DNA of 61,507 nucleotides, the filler included. It is 4 parts of 4 records of this genome, joined end to end, with 100 filler letters (N's around TTAATTAATTAA, not from the genome) between each part and the next. Parts side by side here need not be neighbours in the genome. Positions count along the whole stretch, not along the records: positions 1 to 25,977 come from SRR20825006_2145; 3 more parts are not named here. One strand, given 5' to 3'. Shown in pieces: positions 1 to 8,526 of the stretch. Below the pieces are notes generated by a model that was not told the origin of the DNA, searched no databases, and worked only from the letters and a program-made list of their open reading frames with translations. Made by a program: the position numbers and the translations under genes. Each line of letters starts with the position of its first letter. Position 1 is the first letter of the stretch.

Positions 1-29
1 GGTCCCTGGTTCGAGCCCAGGTGGGACCA
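1..29 (+). tRNA. 3' part of a tRNA (T-arm and acceptor 3' strand), probable integration site; isotype not determinable
   Basis: CCTGG-TTCGAGC-CCAGG T-arm (5-21), then 7 nt TGGGACC and discriminator A; anticodon lies outside the window; an integrase follows. Confidence 0.85.
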
Positions 30-55
30 CGAAGAGAATTCAAAATATCTCTAAT

Positions 56-86
56 AGCCTGAAAATGAACTGTTTTCAGGCTTTTT
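56..86 (+). terminator. Rho-independent terminator after the tRNA
   Basis: AGCCTGAAAA / TTTTCAGGCT 10-bp stem followed by a T run. Confidence 0.7.
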
Positions 87-253
87 CATTTTTATTGATT
101 TCATATAAAACTATATGAAATCAACCGTTCTGGTGAGTAAATCGGTGAGTACTTTTTTATTCGTAAAAATGCTTCCAAAACTATGTTAAAGGATTGAATG
201 TCAATTCTTTGTTCGGATTTGTAATCGATATTAAAAATCCAAAAAACACAGTT

Positions 254-1477
254 ATGGAGGCAAACAACACATTTTCCATCCTTTTTTATCCAAAAACCAG
301 TGATTCTGACAAGAACGGAATGTCACCTCTTTTTCTTCGTATAACAGTTGATGGAAAGAGAGCAGAACTGAGCTTAAAGCGAAAGGTAAACTCAGAACAA
401 TGGTGCTCCATTTCGAACAAGGTCAAAGGAAACGGACCGACAAAAGATGAGGTCAATGGCTATATAGATGAACTGAAGTTTCGGATTCGGCGCATTCAAG
501 GGGAGTATGTAGCACAAGAAAAACCCTTTACGGCATCGATGCTAAAAGGGCGTCTGTTGAACAAGGGCAATGAACTCAAAACAGTGCTGTCAATTTATGA
601 TGGCCACAATGCCAAAGTGAAAAGCTTGATGGGAAAGGATTACACATATAGCACTTATAGAAGGCATGTGCGGACACGAAACCATTTGGAGGGATTTATC
701 CAAAAGGAGTATGGACAGAAGGATTTTTTTATCCAGGATGTAGAACTGGGGTTTATTACCCGGTTTGAGTATTATCTACATATGGTAGGTGCAGGAGGCC
801 ACAATACGGTTACCAAATATGTGACCAATTTTAAGAAGATTGTGAGAATGGCGTTTGCCAACAATTGGGTTTCCTCCGACCCATTCTTCCATTGGAAGGC
901 CAAATGGCAGAAAACCGAACGGGAAGTACTGACCGAGGCTGAACTGAAAACATTGATGGAGAAGAAATTCAAATTGGAGCGTTTGGAGCGGGCAAGGGAT
1001 GTCTTCATTTTTTGTTGCTTTACAGGTCTGTCCTATGTTGATGTCAAAAAACTGACAAGAGACGATATTACAATTGGAATAGATGGGAGGCAATGGATAA
1101 AGATCTTGAGAACAAAGACCAAGGTCAAGAGTACCATTCCGCTTTTGCCAATGGCTGAAAGAATATTGGAGAAGTATGAAAAAAGTGTACCAAAACCTGA
1201 AAGTGCATTTTTGCTTCCCGTATTGAGCAACCAAAAGACCAACCAGTACTTGAAGGAGATTTCACGCTTATGTGATATAAAGAAGCGGATAACATTTCAC
1301 CTTTCCCGGCACACTTTTGCTACAACGGTGACCTTGGCCAATGGAGTACCCATAGAATCTGTGAGCAAGATGCTCGGACACCAGTCCATAAAGACCACAC
1401 AGATATACGCCAAGGTGATAGACAAAAAGCTTATGGAGGACATGGAATTGGTCAGGATGAAATATACAGCTGTTTAA
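254..1477 (+). CDS. Site-specific tyrosine integrase (Bacteroidetes type, N-terminal arm-binding domain)
   Basis: FTGLSYVD, RTKT, FHLSRHTFATT, LGH and TQIYAK motifs; ATG at 254 preferred over TTG at 194. Confidence 0.95.
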   Translation: MEANNTFSILFYPKTSDSDKNGMSPLFLRITVDGKRAELSLKRKVNSEQWCSISNKVKGNGPTKDEVNGYIDELKFRIRRIQGEYVAQEKPFTASMLKGRLLNKGNELKTVLSIYDGHNAKVKSLMGKDYTYSTYRRHVRTRNHLEGFIQKEYGQKDFFIQDVELGFITRFEYYLHMVGAGGHNTVTKYVTNFKKIVRMAFANNWVSSDPFFHWKAKWQKTEREVLTEAELKTLMEKKFKLERLERARDVFIFCCFTGLSYVDVKKLTRDDITIGIDGRQWIKILRTKTKVKSTIPLLPMAERILEKYEKSVPKPESAFLLPVLSNQKTNQYLKEISRLCDIKKRITFHLSRHTFATTVTLANGVPIESVSKMLGHQSIKTTQIYAKVIDKKLMEDMELVRMKYTAV

Positions 1478-1663
1478 TTGAGGGGGAGTTTTACAACATA
1501 TTACATATGTCACTCATGGCCCATGGTTACCAAATATATGGGAATATCCACTGAGATTATTTGTTAAGGACTTGGTCGTTCTTCCATAAAGACCACAGAA
1601 ATCCATCTCAAGGACTTTGATGATGCGATTTTGGATGAAGCTAATGAACAGATTGTTTCTTAA
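1478..1663 (+). pseudogene. C-terminal remnant of a second tyrosine integrase
   Basis: Reads FTTYYICHSWPMVTKYMGISTEIIC*GLGRSSIKTTEIHLKDFDDAILDEANEQIVS*, a decayed RHSW...LGH...TTEIY box with an internal stop. Confidence 0.8.
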
Positions 1664-1724
1664 AACATAAATTAACTTTAGACCAAGTCCAGTCCGTTTT
1701 TAGTTGGAAATTTGCATATAACGG

Positions 1725-3902
1725 TTAATGGTTATGTAGCATGGTAATATTTTCATCAAGTTCGAACCAAAAGTCACTATAAAAGTTCTTGTTTTCCAAA
1801 AGTTCTTGATGGTTTCCATGGTTTTTGATAACACCATCTTCTAAAACATAAATTCTATTGGCAAAATGTTTGAGGTTGTGAAGACGATGGGAAATGGTGA
1901 TAATGCCCATGCTATTTTTGCAATTCTGCAATAAAGACAGGATAAACTTCTCCGTTTTTCTATCCATTGCAGAAGTCGCCTCGTCAAGTATTAAAAGTTG
2001 TGGTTGTTTGTACATAGCTCTTGCAACTGCTATGATCTGGCATTGGCCACCTGAGAGATTTGATCCACCTTCACCTATAATGGTAGCCAATCCTTGAGGA
2101 AATGAACTTATGAAATTCTTTAGGCTGTATTGCTCCATGAATGCTGTCACTTTTTCTTCAGAATATGGTTCTCCCATCAAAATGTTGTCCAGAACTGTGC
2201 CGTTAAATAATTCAACCTCTTGTGGGACAACCCCAATGATATTCCGCCAATTATTTAGGGATACCTTACTTAAAGAAAACTTTTCATTAATTAATATATC
2301 CCCTTGTTCATGATTTAAAAACTTTTGAATAATCTGTCTAAGTGTACTTTTTCCTGAGCCGCTTTCACCTACGATTGCTACAACCTCTCCTTTTTTAACA
2401 CTTAAATTCACATGTTTCAACAATTGTGATTGACCTGGAAATCTAAAACTCAAATTTTTAACTTCAAGTTCTTCAAATACACTTATGGTTTCGCCATCAG
2501 TCGGTTCTTTTTCCATAGCCGCAAACTCGAACATTCTGTCAAATGCAATTTTAGCTTCATTTAGAGGAATGGCGACTAAAGCTAAATTGGAAATAGCGGG
2601 CACCAATATGCTCATCATACTTAATATTGCCATCAGTTCCCCGAGAGTAAGATGTGTATTGAATACTTGATAACTGGCAAAACTAAGGATGCCAATGATT
2701 AATAGAACTCCAAAACCGTTTGACAACAACATTAATTTGATATTCAGTTTGCCAAGGACAAATTCCTTCTCTTGAAAGCTCCCATAAACAACCCTATTGA
2801 TTTCTCGAAATACATTTTGCTTGTTATTGTTCTTAATGGACGAAATTCCTTGTATTGAATTGATATAATTACTTTCACTATAGGCGTATCCTTGCATAAC
2901 CTCTTTTTGGGCGTTTATTATTTTCTTGTTCATGATGAATATTACAACCCAATAAAGAGGTAGGCCAATGGTTGCTATGAGGCCAATTTTGAAAGAATAG
3001 TAATATAGAAAAAAGATGGCGGCCAGACTGGTTAAAAAATCAATGATTACGTTACTGGCTATATATTTTATTACTCTCTGAATTCTTGAGGTATCATTCA
3101 ATCTCGCGACCAATTCCCCAATTTTACGAGTATCAAAAAAGGGTTTGGGAAGGTGTAGTAGGGAGGTGTAAAAATTATCAACAATTCGGTTGTTGAAGTC
3201 CTTGCTTTGCTGTATCAGAAAATATTCCCTGAGACCTGTAAAGGCAACTCTGGCCAATAATAAAAACGTTAACAGGCCAATACCTACTATCAATCTTTCT
3301 AATTCATTGGAAGGCAAGATATCATCAATCAGTTTCTTTGAGAAAATAGCCATTGACATTCCAAGGACAGCTATTACTACTCCAATTACAGCACTTATGG
3401 TCAATAATCTCAAATCGTCCTTGATTAAATCCCGTAGCCATGCCTTTTTTATTTTAACAGTGGTTGTCGATTTGACAAAGTCCTTATTTGGGGATAATGT
3501 GAGACATGTCTTCGATTTCCAGATTGAGTTCAGTTCATCTACCGTTAAATGGGTTATCCCCTTAGCTGGATCACCCACAGTGAACATTCCATCTCTAAAG
3601 CCGTAACATACGACATAGTGTTGTATTTTTTGTTCCAAGATTACATGCAAAATGACCGGTGCCCCATGATCAATCAAGGCCTCCATGGTAGCCTCACATC
3701 CATTGGCCTCAAACCCCAAGCCTGATGCCGCCTGATATAAGCCGAGCATTGTGGTGCCCTGTCTATTTGTTCCGCTTAACTTCCTAAGGCTTTCTAAGGT
3801 TGTGCTACCTCTATAAAATTTGATTATGGATAAAAGGCATGCAACTCCACAATCCGTTTGGTCCAATTGTCTTACAAATGTTTTTTCCAGGTTTTTCATC
3901 AA
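1725..3902 (-). CDS. Peptidase-containing ABC transporter (C39 peptidase, TMD, NBD) for bacteriocin processing and export
   Basis: QLDQTDCGVACL, HYVV and DPA peptidase motifs; GESGSGKST, LSGGQ, LILDE and SHR ABC motifs. Confidence 0.95.
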   Translation of the reverse strand: MMKNLEKTFVRQLDQTDCGVACLLSIIKFYRGSTTLESLRKLSGTNRQGTTMLGLYQAASGLGFEANGCEATMEALIDHGAPVILHVILEQKIQHYVVCYGFRDGMFTVGDPAKGITHLTVDELNSIWKSKTCLTLSPNKDFVKSTTTVKIKKAWLRDLIKDDLRLLTISAVIGVVIAVLGMSMAIFSKKLIDDILPSNELERLIVGIGLLTFLLLARVAFTGLREYFLIQQSKDFNNRIVDNFYTSLLHLPKPFFDTRKIGELVARLNDTSRIQRVIKYIASNVIIDFLTSLAAIFFLYYYSFKIGLIATIGLPLYWVVIFIMNKKIINAQKEVMQGYAYSESNYINSIQGISSIKNNNKQNVFREINRVVYGSFQEKEFVLGKLNIKLMLLSNGFGVLLIIGILSFASYQVFNTHLTLGELMAILSMMSILVPAISNLALVAIPLNEAKIAFDRMFEFAAMEKEPTDGETISVFEELEVKNLSFRFPGQSQLLKHVNLSVKKGEVVAIVGESGSGKSTLRQIIQKFLNHEQGDILINEKFSLSKVSLNNWRNIIGVVPQEVELFNGTVLDNILMGEPYSEEKVTAFMEQYSLKNFISSFPQGLATIIGEGGSNLSGGQCQIIAVARAMYKQPQLLILDEATSAMDRKTEKFILSLLQNCKNSMGIITISHRLHNLKHFANRIYVLEDGVIKNHGNHQELLENKNFYSDFWFELDENITMLHNH

Positions 3903-3903
3903 T

Positions 3904-4422
3904 TTAGGATTTAATCAATGCTATTAATTTTGAAATATTGATACTTCCCTTGTTTCTGACTTTTAAATCAAAATCCGAATTATATATCAAAAGATAAGGT
4001 ATCGTATTGGCTCCAACCGTTGTGGCAAACAGCCCATCGGAATCAGATAAAAACTTAATGTTGTCATATTTGGATAGGTCATAATCCTCTGCGAATTTTC
4101 TGATAACATTTGATTTTTCGTTTGATACAAAGATTAATTGTGAACGGTCGAACGCTTTAACATTGTCACTTATCTGTTGCGCCTCATCTTGACAATATTC
4201 ACAAGTGCTATGGAAGTAAATAAGGACAATGGGAAGTTTTTTGGAGAGATGGGTCTTTGTGAAATCAGATCCATCAATTGTTTTTAAGTTGAAATCTGGA
4301 AGTTTTTGGATACGCTCGGCCGTTATCCCTTTTGTATTGACCTTCTCGACGATCTTAATTGTAATCAAACTAAAAAGGGAAAGTAACAGTACTGGTATTA
4401 TAACTCTGAATATTCGTTTCAT
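3904..4422 (-). CDS. Membrane-anchored TlpA/redoxin-family thiol-disulfide oxidoreductase
   Basis: N-terminal TM helix, LPDFNLKTIDG, CEYC (CxxC) and IPYLLIY cis-Pro motif; ATG at 4422 preferred. Confidence 0.85.
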   Translation of the reverse strand: MKRIFRVIIPVLLLSLFSLITIKIVEKVNTKGITAERIQKLPDFNLKTIDGSDFTKTHLSKKLPIVLIYFHSTCEYCQDEAQQISDNVKAFDRSQLIFVSNEKSNVIRKFAEDYDLSKYDNIKFLSDSDGLFATTVGANTIPYLLIYNSDFDLKVRNKGSINISKLIALIKS

Positions 4423-4486
4423 AATTGGCAATAGTTTTCCAGGCCTCGGAAAAAGGCAGGATTTCAAAACATATGTTGTCTGTGAA

Positions 4487-5131
4487 TTAATTCAAGTTGA
4501 GCGTCAAGAACATGACACCGGCTATCCATAATAAGAGGGTAGGTGCGTAGCTTGAGGTCACAATTAGGATGCCTGAATTCTTGTTCTTTTCTTTCAACAG
4601 CCGATCAATTAGAAATGCTAAGACTATACAGTAAAGGATTTCAAAAAGGTTTATTACTTTGAGAGGATATCTGTACCATAGGTCAACACTCTCATATCCT
4701 ATTAAACTTAAAACCGATAATGGTTGGAAATTTTCAATCGTATCAATATCAAAGTCTGTCCCAGAAAAAAACAACCATGCGATTTTAATGAATGCCAGGA
4801 GTATGAAAATAAACTCTGCTTTGAGAACTATGCCCCAAAGTTTTTTATGCGGTAGCACCTTACTGTAAAACATTGATCCCATTCCCAGAATACCTGCTAT
4901 AAGCTGAGTTTTCAAGAATAAGAATAGGGGAATAAAAACATACCCTAATAATTGCCACTTTCGAGCATTATTAAATATTTCATCCGCTTTTTCAATAGAC
5001 AATTTTTCAATAAGGCTATTGTAAATCAGTGTGTTTAAATCAAAAATATACTTAGTTGCTTCTGATGCGATGAAGGTTAATAAACAAAGTATTACAAAAA
5101 GTGTAGTGTTGTTGATTTTAGCGACATTCAT
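4487..5131 (-). CDS. Polytopic membrane protein of the bacteriocin cluster
   Basis: 214-aa ORF with about 5 hydrophobic segments, co-oriented with the transporter. Confidence 0.7.
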   Translation of the reverse strand: MNVAKINNTTLFVILCLLTFIASEATKYIFDLNTLIYNSLIEKLSIEKADEIFNNARKWQLLGYVFIPLFLFLKTQLIAGILGMGSMFYSKVLPHKKLWGIVLKAEFIFILLAFIKIAWLFFSGTDFDIDTIENFQPLSVLSLIGYESVDLWYRYPLKVINLFEILYCIVLAFLIDRLLKEKNKNSGILIVTSSYAPTLLLWIAGVMFLTLNLN

Positions 5132-5150
5132 TTTTGGGATTGATTGCGGC

Positions 5151-5489
5151 TTATGACGAGCCCTTTTTATCGATGATATTTAATAGGTCTATTAAAAACA
5201 CTTTTTCCTTTAAGGTGTTCCGCAGGTATTTTACCATTTGAAAAATAGTTATTGAAACTAGAAAATAGATTATATAGTCCTTGGCAATCTCAGGATTGAA
5301 AATCAATTGGTATAAGCACAGAGCCCCAAGGCAAACCGTTAAAAACACTATAATCTTACTGATAAGAATCATCCTTTGGAGCATTTGATATGAATTTTTA
5401 ATATTCAAAAGACTTGTTGATTGATTCATCTTCTCTATCTCAATGATTCTGGCCTTTATTTTTTCCGTCAATGTTATTTCCATGGTCAT
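5151..5489 (-). CDS. Small two-TM protein, candidate immunity factor
   Basis: 112 aa, two hydrophobic helices, first gene after the precursor peptides. Confidence 0.55.
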   Translation of the reverse strand: MTMEITLTEKIKARIIEIEKMNQSTSLLNIKNSYQMLQRMILISKIIVFLTVCLGALCLYQLIFNPEIAKDYIIYFLVSITIFQMVKYLRNTLKEKVFLIDLLNIIDKKGSS

Positions 5490-5509
5490 AGGTTTTAGTC
5501 AATAAATAA

Positions 5510-5534
5510 GTTGGAGGGGATCATCCCCTCCAAC
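5510..5534 (-). terminator. Strong hairpin downstream of the precursor genes (terminator or mRNA stabiliser)
   Basis: GTTGGAGGGGA-TCA-TCCCCTCCAAC perfect 11-bp stem. Confidence 0.65.
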
Positions 5535-5545
5535 AAACTAAGATA

Positions 5546-5707
5546 TTAATAAAAGACCATATTGACACATCCTGCGGCAACAGCGGCTATACCTATACCT
5601 GCTCCTACTCCGGTTGCTATTAACCCAACACCAAGGCCGCAGGCAAATCCTCCCCACCAGCTTCCACCTTCTATTTGTTCCAGTTGACTAATTTCTAATG
5701 TTTTCAT
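5546..5707 (-). CDS. Double-glycine-leader bacteriocin precursor (53 aa), class II-like; not in the ORF track
   Basis: MKTLEISQLEQIEGG-SWWGGFACGLGVGLIATGVGAGIGIAAVAAGCVNMVFY; GG leader, GxxxG-rich hydrophobic core, two Cys. Confidence 0.9.
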   Translation of the reverse strand: MKTLEISQLEQIEGGSWWGGFACGLGVGLIATGVGAGIGIAAVAAGCVNMVFY

Positions 5708-5727
5708 TTTTTACGTTTTAATTAAAA

Positions 5728-5898
5728 TTATCTACAAGCTACGGCAGTGGTTACCATCAATGCAGCAACACCTAACAAGGACAATGCCCCAGAGGCAATG
5801 AATGCAACGGATACCCCAGTGGCAAAGCCACATGCTTCCGAAGATGTAACTCCGTTTCCGTGAAGGTTCTCCATTTCTGGAATTTCCAATTTTCTCAT
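5728..5898 (-). CDS. Second bacteriocin-like precursor (56 aa); not in the ORF track
   Basis: MRKLEIPEMENLHGNGVTSSEACGFATGVSVAFIASGALSLLGVAALMVTTAVACR; leader parallels the neighbour, two Cys, hydrophobic core. Confidence 0.85.
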   Translation of the reverse strand: MRKLEIPEMENLHGNGVTSSEACGFATGVSVAFIASGALSLLGVAALMVTTAVACR

Positions 5899-6148
5899 AT
5901 CTAGTTGTATTTATACCTACTCTTCTTTGGCTTTTCGGTTTCCTCCATTTTAATCGCGATCAATATCATTTGTTACCAAATGTATATGACTTCAGTGCAG
6001 AAAACTTGCAGTCTTCTAAGTATGGATGCAAATGAAAGGGCGAATTGATGTAACAATAAATAATAGTTCCATGTTGATGTGTCAAAACCCAACAGAATAA
6101 CGAAAAGCAAAAATGATGTTATGGAAATGGTAGGGAAGAAAGCAAGTA

Positions 6149-6421
6149 TCATAAATGATACGATGTTGTTATAATACCTGCACTTAAAACGGAAATAGAA
6201 ACATTCACTTGTAGCTCAAAATCGTCCTGGTAGTAGTATGTCTTTCTTTTTCTATCAAACTGGACCAGGGCACCATAATCCCTTAGCTCTTCAAATAGAC
6301 AGTATACGGATCATTCACTTACTCCAAGTTTTTTACCCAATTCACGAGGAGAACCGGTAGATTCAGTTTCCACCAGTTGATGTAATTTTAGGAGACGTTC
6401 CAAGTTTCTAATTGAATTCAA
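6149..6421 (-). pseudogene. Small HTH DNA-binding protein gene with one in-frame TGA
   Basis: TTG start; MNSIRNLERLLKLHQLVETESTGSPRELGKKLGVSE*SVYCLFEELRDYGALVQFDRKRKTYYYQDDFEL...; stop at 6311-6313, reading frame otherwise intact. Confidence 0.75.
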
Positions 6422-6711
6422 GTCTGGTACGAATGGCTTGTTTTTCTATTTAACGACTATTAAACTGAAGTTTAAAATTGTTACATATCAACTGTATATA
6501 CAATTAAAAGAAACCTCGTTTTGTAAAATGCCAAGTGTTTTATAAAGTGTCGTTTTTTTTACTTCTAAAACGGCGTTTGATATGACTATATGCATCCTAC
6601 AAAACCAAATGAAGTTGGGATAGGCAAGGAAAAAAGCGGTTATAAAATTGCGAGAGCTATGGTTTGAGGAGAGATACAAACATAGGAAAGCACTATATAT
6701 CTGTTGTAATT

Positions 6712-7578
6712 CTAGTTTATTCGTATTTTCTGTGTCTTTTCTCGATATGCCCTTGGGGATAGGGAAGCATTTCTTTTAAAGAATCTACTGAAACTATAGA
6801 GCGTCTTGAATCCTAGCATTTGGGCAATCTCCTTGATGGGAGCAGTATCCTGCAATAACGCTTTGGCCTCCTCCATGAGAATCTCCCTAATATGGCCCTT
6901 GGCCGTTTTGCCCGTATGTTTTTTGACCATTCTGGAAAGATGGTCCGGTGTTATATTGAGACGCCTGGCATAAAACCCTACTTGGTGTTCCCTTTTGGAA
7001 TGGGCGGCCAATAGACGCATAAAATGGAGCACCAGTATATGTCCCGCTGTATGTATGATGAGAGGGACTTTCCCGTCTTTTCGGAGAAGATCGCTTAATT
7101 CCCATAATAGCATGTAAAGCCCATGGCGAAGGATGTAACCATGGGCCAAAGAAGTCGTTTTGGGGTTAACTTTGGTCCTTAACAATTCTAAGAGCAAGAA
7201 TAACCAAGAAACCTCTTTCTGTTCAAGTTCAATGGTCTGGACATTTTGGTCCCAAAGCCGTATAAAAGATCGGGGCAGTTGTCCTACACCATGTTCAATA
7301 TATTGCATGGTAAAGCCAAGTGCCCCGATCTGAGCTTCGAGGGAAGGGTTTTCCAAGAGCCACGATTTTCCTCTCGATACCAAAACGAGCTTCCCGTGAT
7401 ATAGATCAATATTGTTTCCATTAACCCGAAACCGCACGCTCCCTTTTTTTACCAGCAAAAGGATGAAATGGAATGGACCAAAGAACGAGTGGGCCATCCA
7501 CGACTGTTGCCGGTTCTTTAGAAAAAGGACGACCAACTCATGATTTGCGTGTTTGTCAACGGGCTTTTGTGGTTTCAA
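6712..7578 (-). CDS. AraC-family transcriptional regulator
   Basis: N-terminal cupin-like region; C-terminal VGFYARRLNITPDHLSRMVK and IKEIAQMLGF...FSRFFK...SPRAYR. Confidence 0.9.
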   Translation of the reverse strand: MKPQKPVDKHANHELVVLFLKNRQQSWMAHSFFGPFHFILLLVKKGSVRFRVNGNNIDLYHGKLVLVSRGKSWLLENPSLEAQIGALGFTMQYIEHGVGQLPRSFIRLWDQNVQTIELEQKEVSWLFLLLELLRTKVNPKTTSLAHGYILRHGLYMLLWELSDLLRKDGKVPLIIHTAGHILVLHFMRLLAAHSKREHQVGFYARRLNITPDHLSRMVKKHTGKTAKGHIREILMEEAKALLQDTAPIKEIAQMLGFKTLYSFSRFFKRNASLSPRAYREKTQKIRIN

Positions 7579-7593
7579 GCTTTGTTCATATTC

Positions 7594-7848
7594 CTATGGT
7601 TTCATAAGTCTTGACATCAGGGCAGTGACCGTAATGAACAGATTGAATAATACGTTGATGAACAAGAGCCAAGCCATGTTTTCGGGATGTACGCTCTTGG
7701 TGACCCCTTCCCGGTTGAAGTGATCTACAAGCTCATCATAACCAAACAGATCAATGATGAAAAAGATGGCCAATAGGTTAAGAGCGACCAAGATTACGGC
7801 CCAAAGGGTTCCCCATTTCTTTTCCCTATCCATGATGATATCTATCAT
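7594..7848 (-). CDS. Small two-TM membrane protein
   Basis: 84 aa, two hydrophobic helices, 4-nt overlap with the upstream gene. Confidence 0.6.
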   Translation of the reverse strand: MIDIIMDREKKWGTLWAVILVALNLLAIFFIIDLFGYDELVDHFNREGVTKSVHPENMAWLLFINVLFNLFITVTALMSRLMKP

Positions 7849-8177
7849 GGTTCTTGGATAGGTTTTATGCCTGAGAAGGGGGCAAAAGATTCGGTATCCT
7901 GTTTATCTTCTTGGTCTAGTATGGAATCTCTGGTAGCATTTGGAGTAGAAAGGTCCCAGTCCTCATCGTCAACCTCTGATGTGGAATGTAGGGAGTCCTG
8001 GTATATGTGGTTCATGTAATCATATGGATTGTTCCTGTTAGTAGGAGGCAATGGGGTATTGCCCACTGTAGGAAGCGCCATTGCCTCGACTTGTTGAAAA
8101 TACGGGATTGTTTCATCAGGGCTGCATGCCACGTATAGGAAAGCCACTGCTGTAAGGGTAATGATACATTTTTTCAT
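7845..8177 (-). CDS. Putative lipoprotein
   Basis: Signal peptide ending in lipobox YVAC, followed by an acidic low-complexity region. Confidence 0.65.
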   Translation of the reverse strand: MKKCIITLTAVAFLYVACSPDETIPYFQQVEAMALPTVGNTPLPPTNRNNPYDYMNHIYQDSLHSTSEVDDEDWDLSTPNATRDSILDQEDKQDTESFAPFSGIKPIQEP

Positions 8178-8526
8178 TTTGATGAGTTTTTAGTTAACCG
8201 ATTGTTGAATCGGTCCATGCTCACCCGGGTAATATGAACCTTTTTGACCGCCGGAAAATCCAGAGACCATGTTCTTGAATTCGATGTAAAGCTAAGGGCA
8301 ATGACGGTACCCTTCCAAAGCCTTGTTCGGCGTTTTCAGGAAAGGTTGAGGTAGATTTCCTGAAATTGTCCTAGCTTCTTTTTTGACAACTTGTAAGTGA
8401 AAACCCATAATTTGTAGTATCTTGTGAGGAATCGATTTTTCTTAGCGGGTCTGGTGCTGCCCTGACCGGTAGAATAAGTTGGTTATGCGGTTTGCTCCCC
8501 TTTTTTAAGCAGCAATACGAAAGCCG

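Noticed and set aside
1711-1724. attC-like end (GCATATAAC), with a similar motif near 23534
   Set aside because: No matching partner arm and no integron-integrase features, so it cannot be supported.
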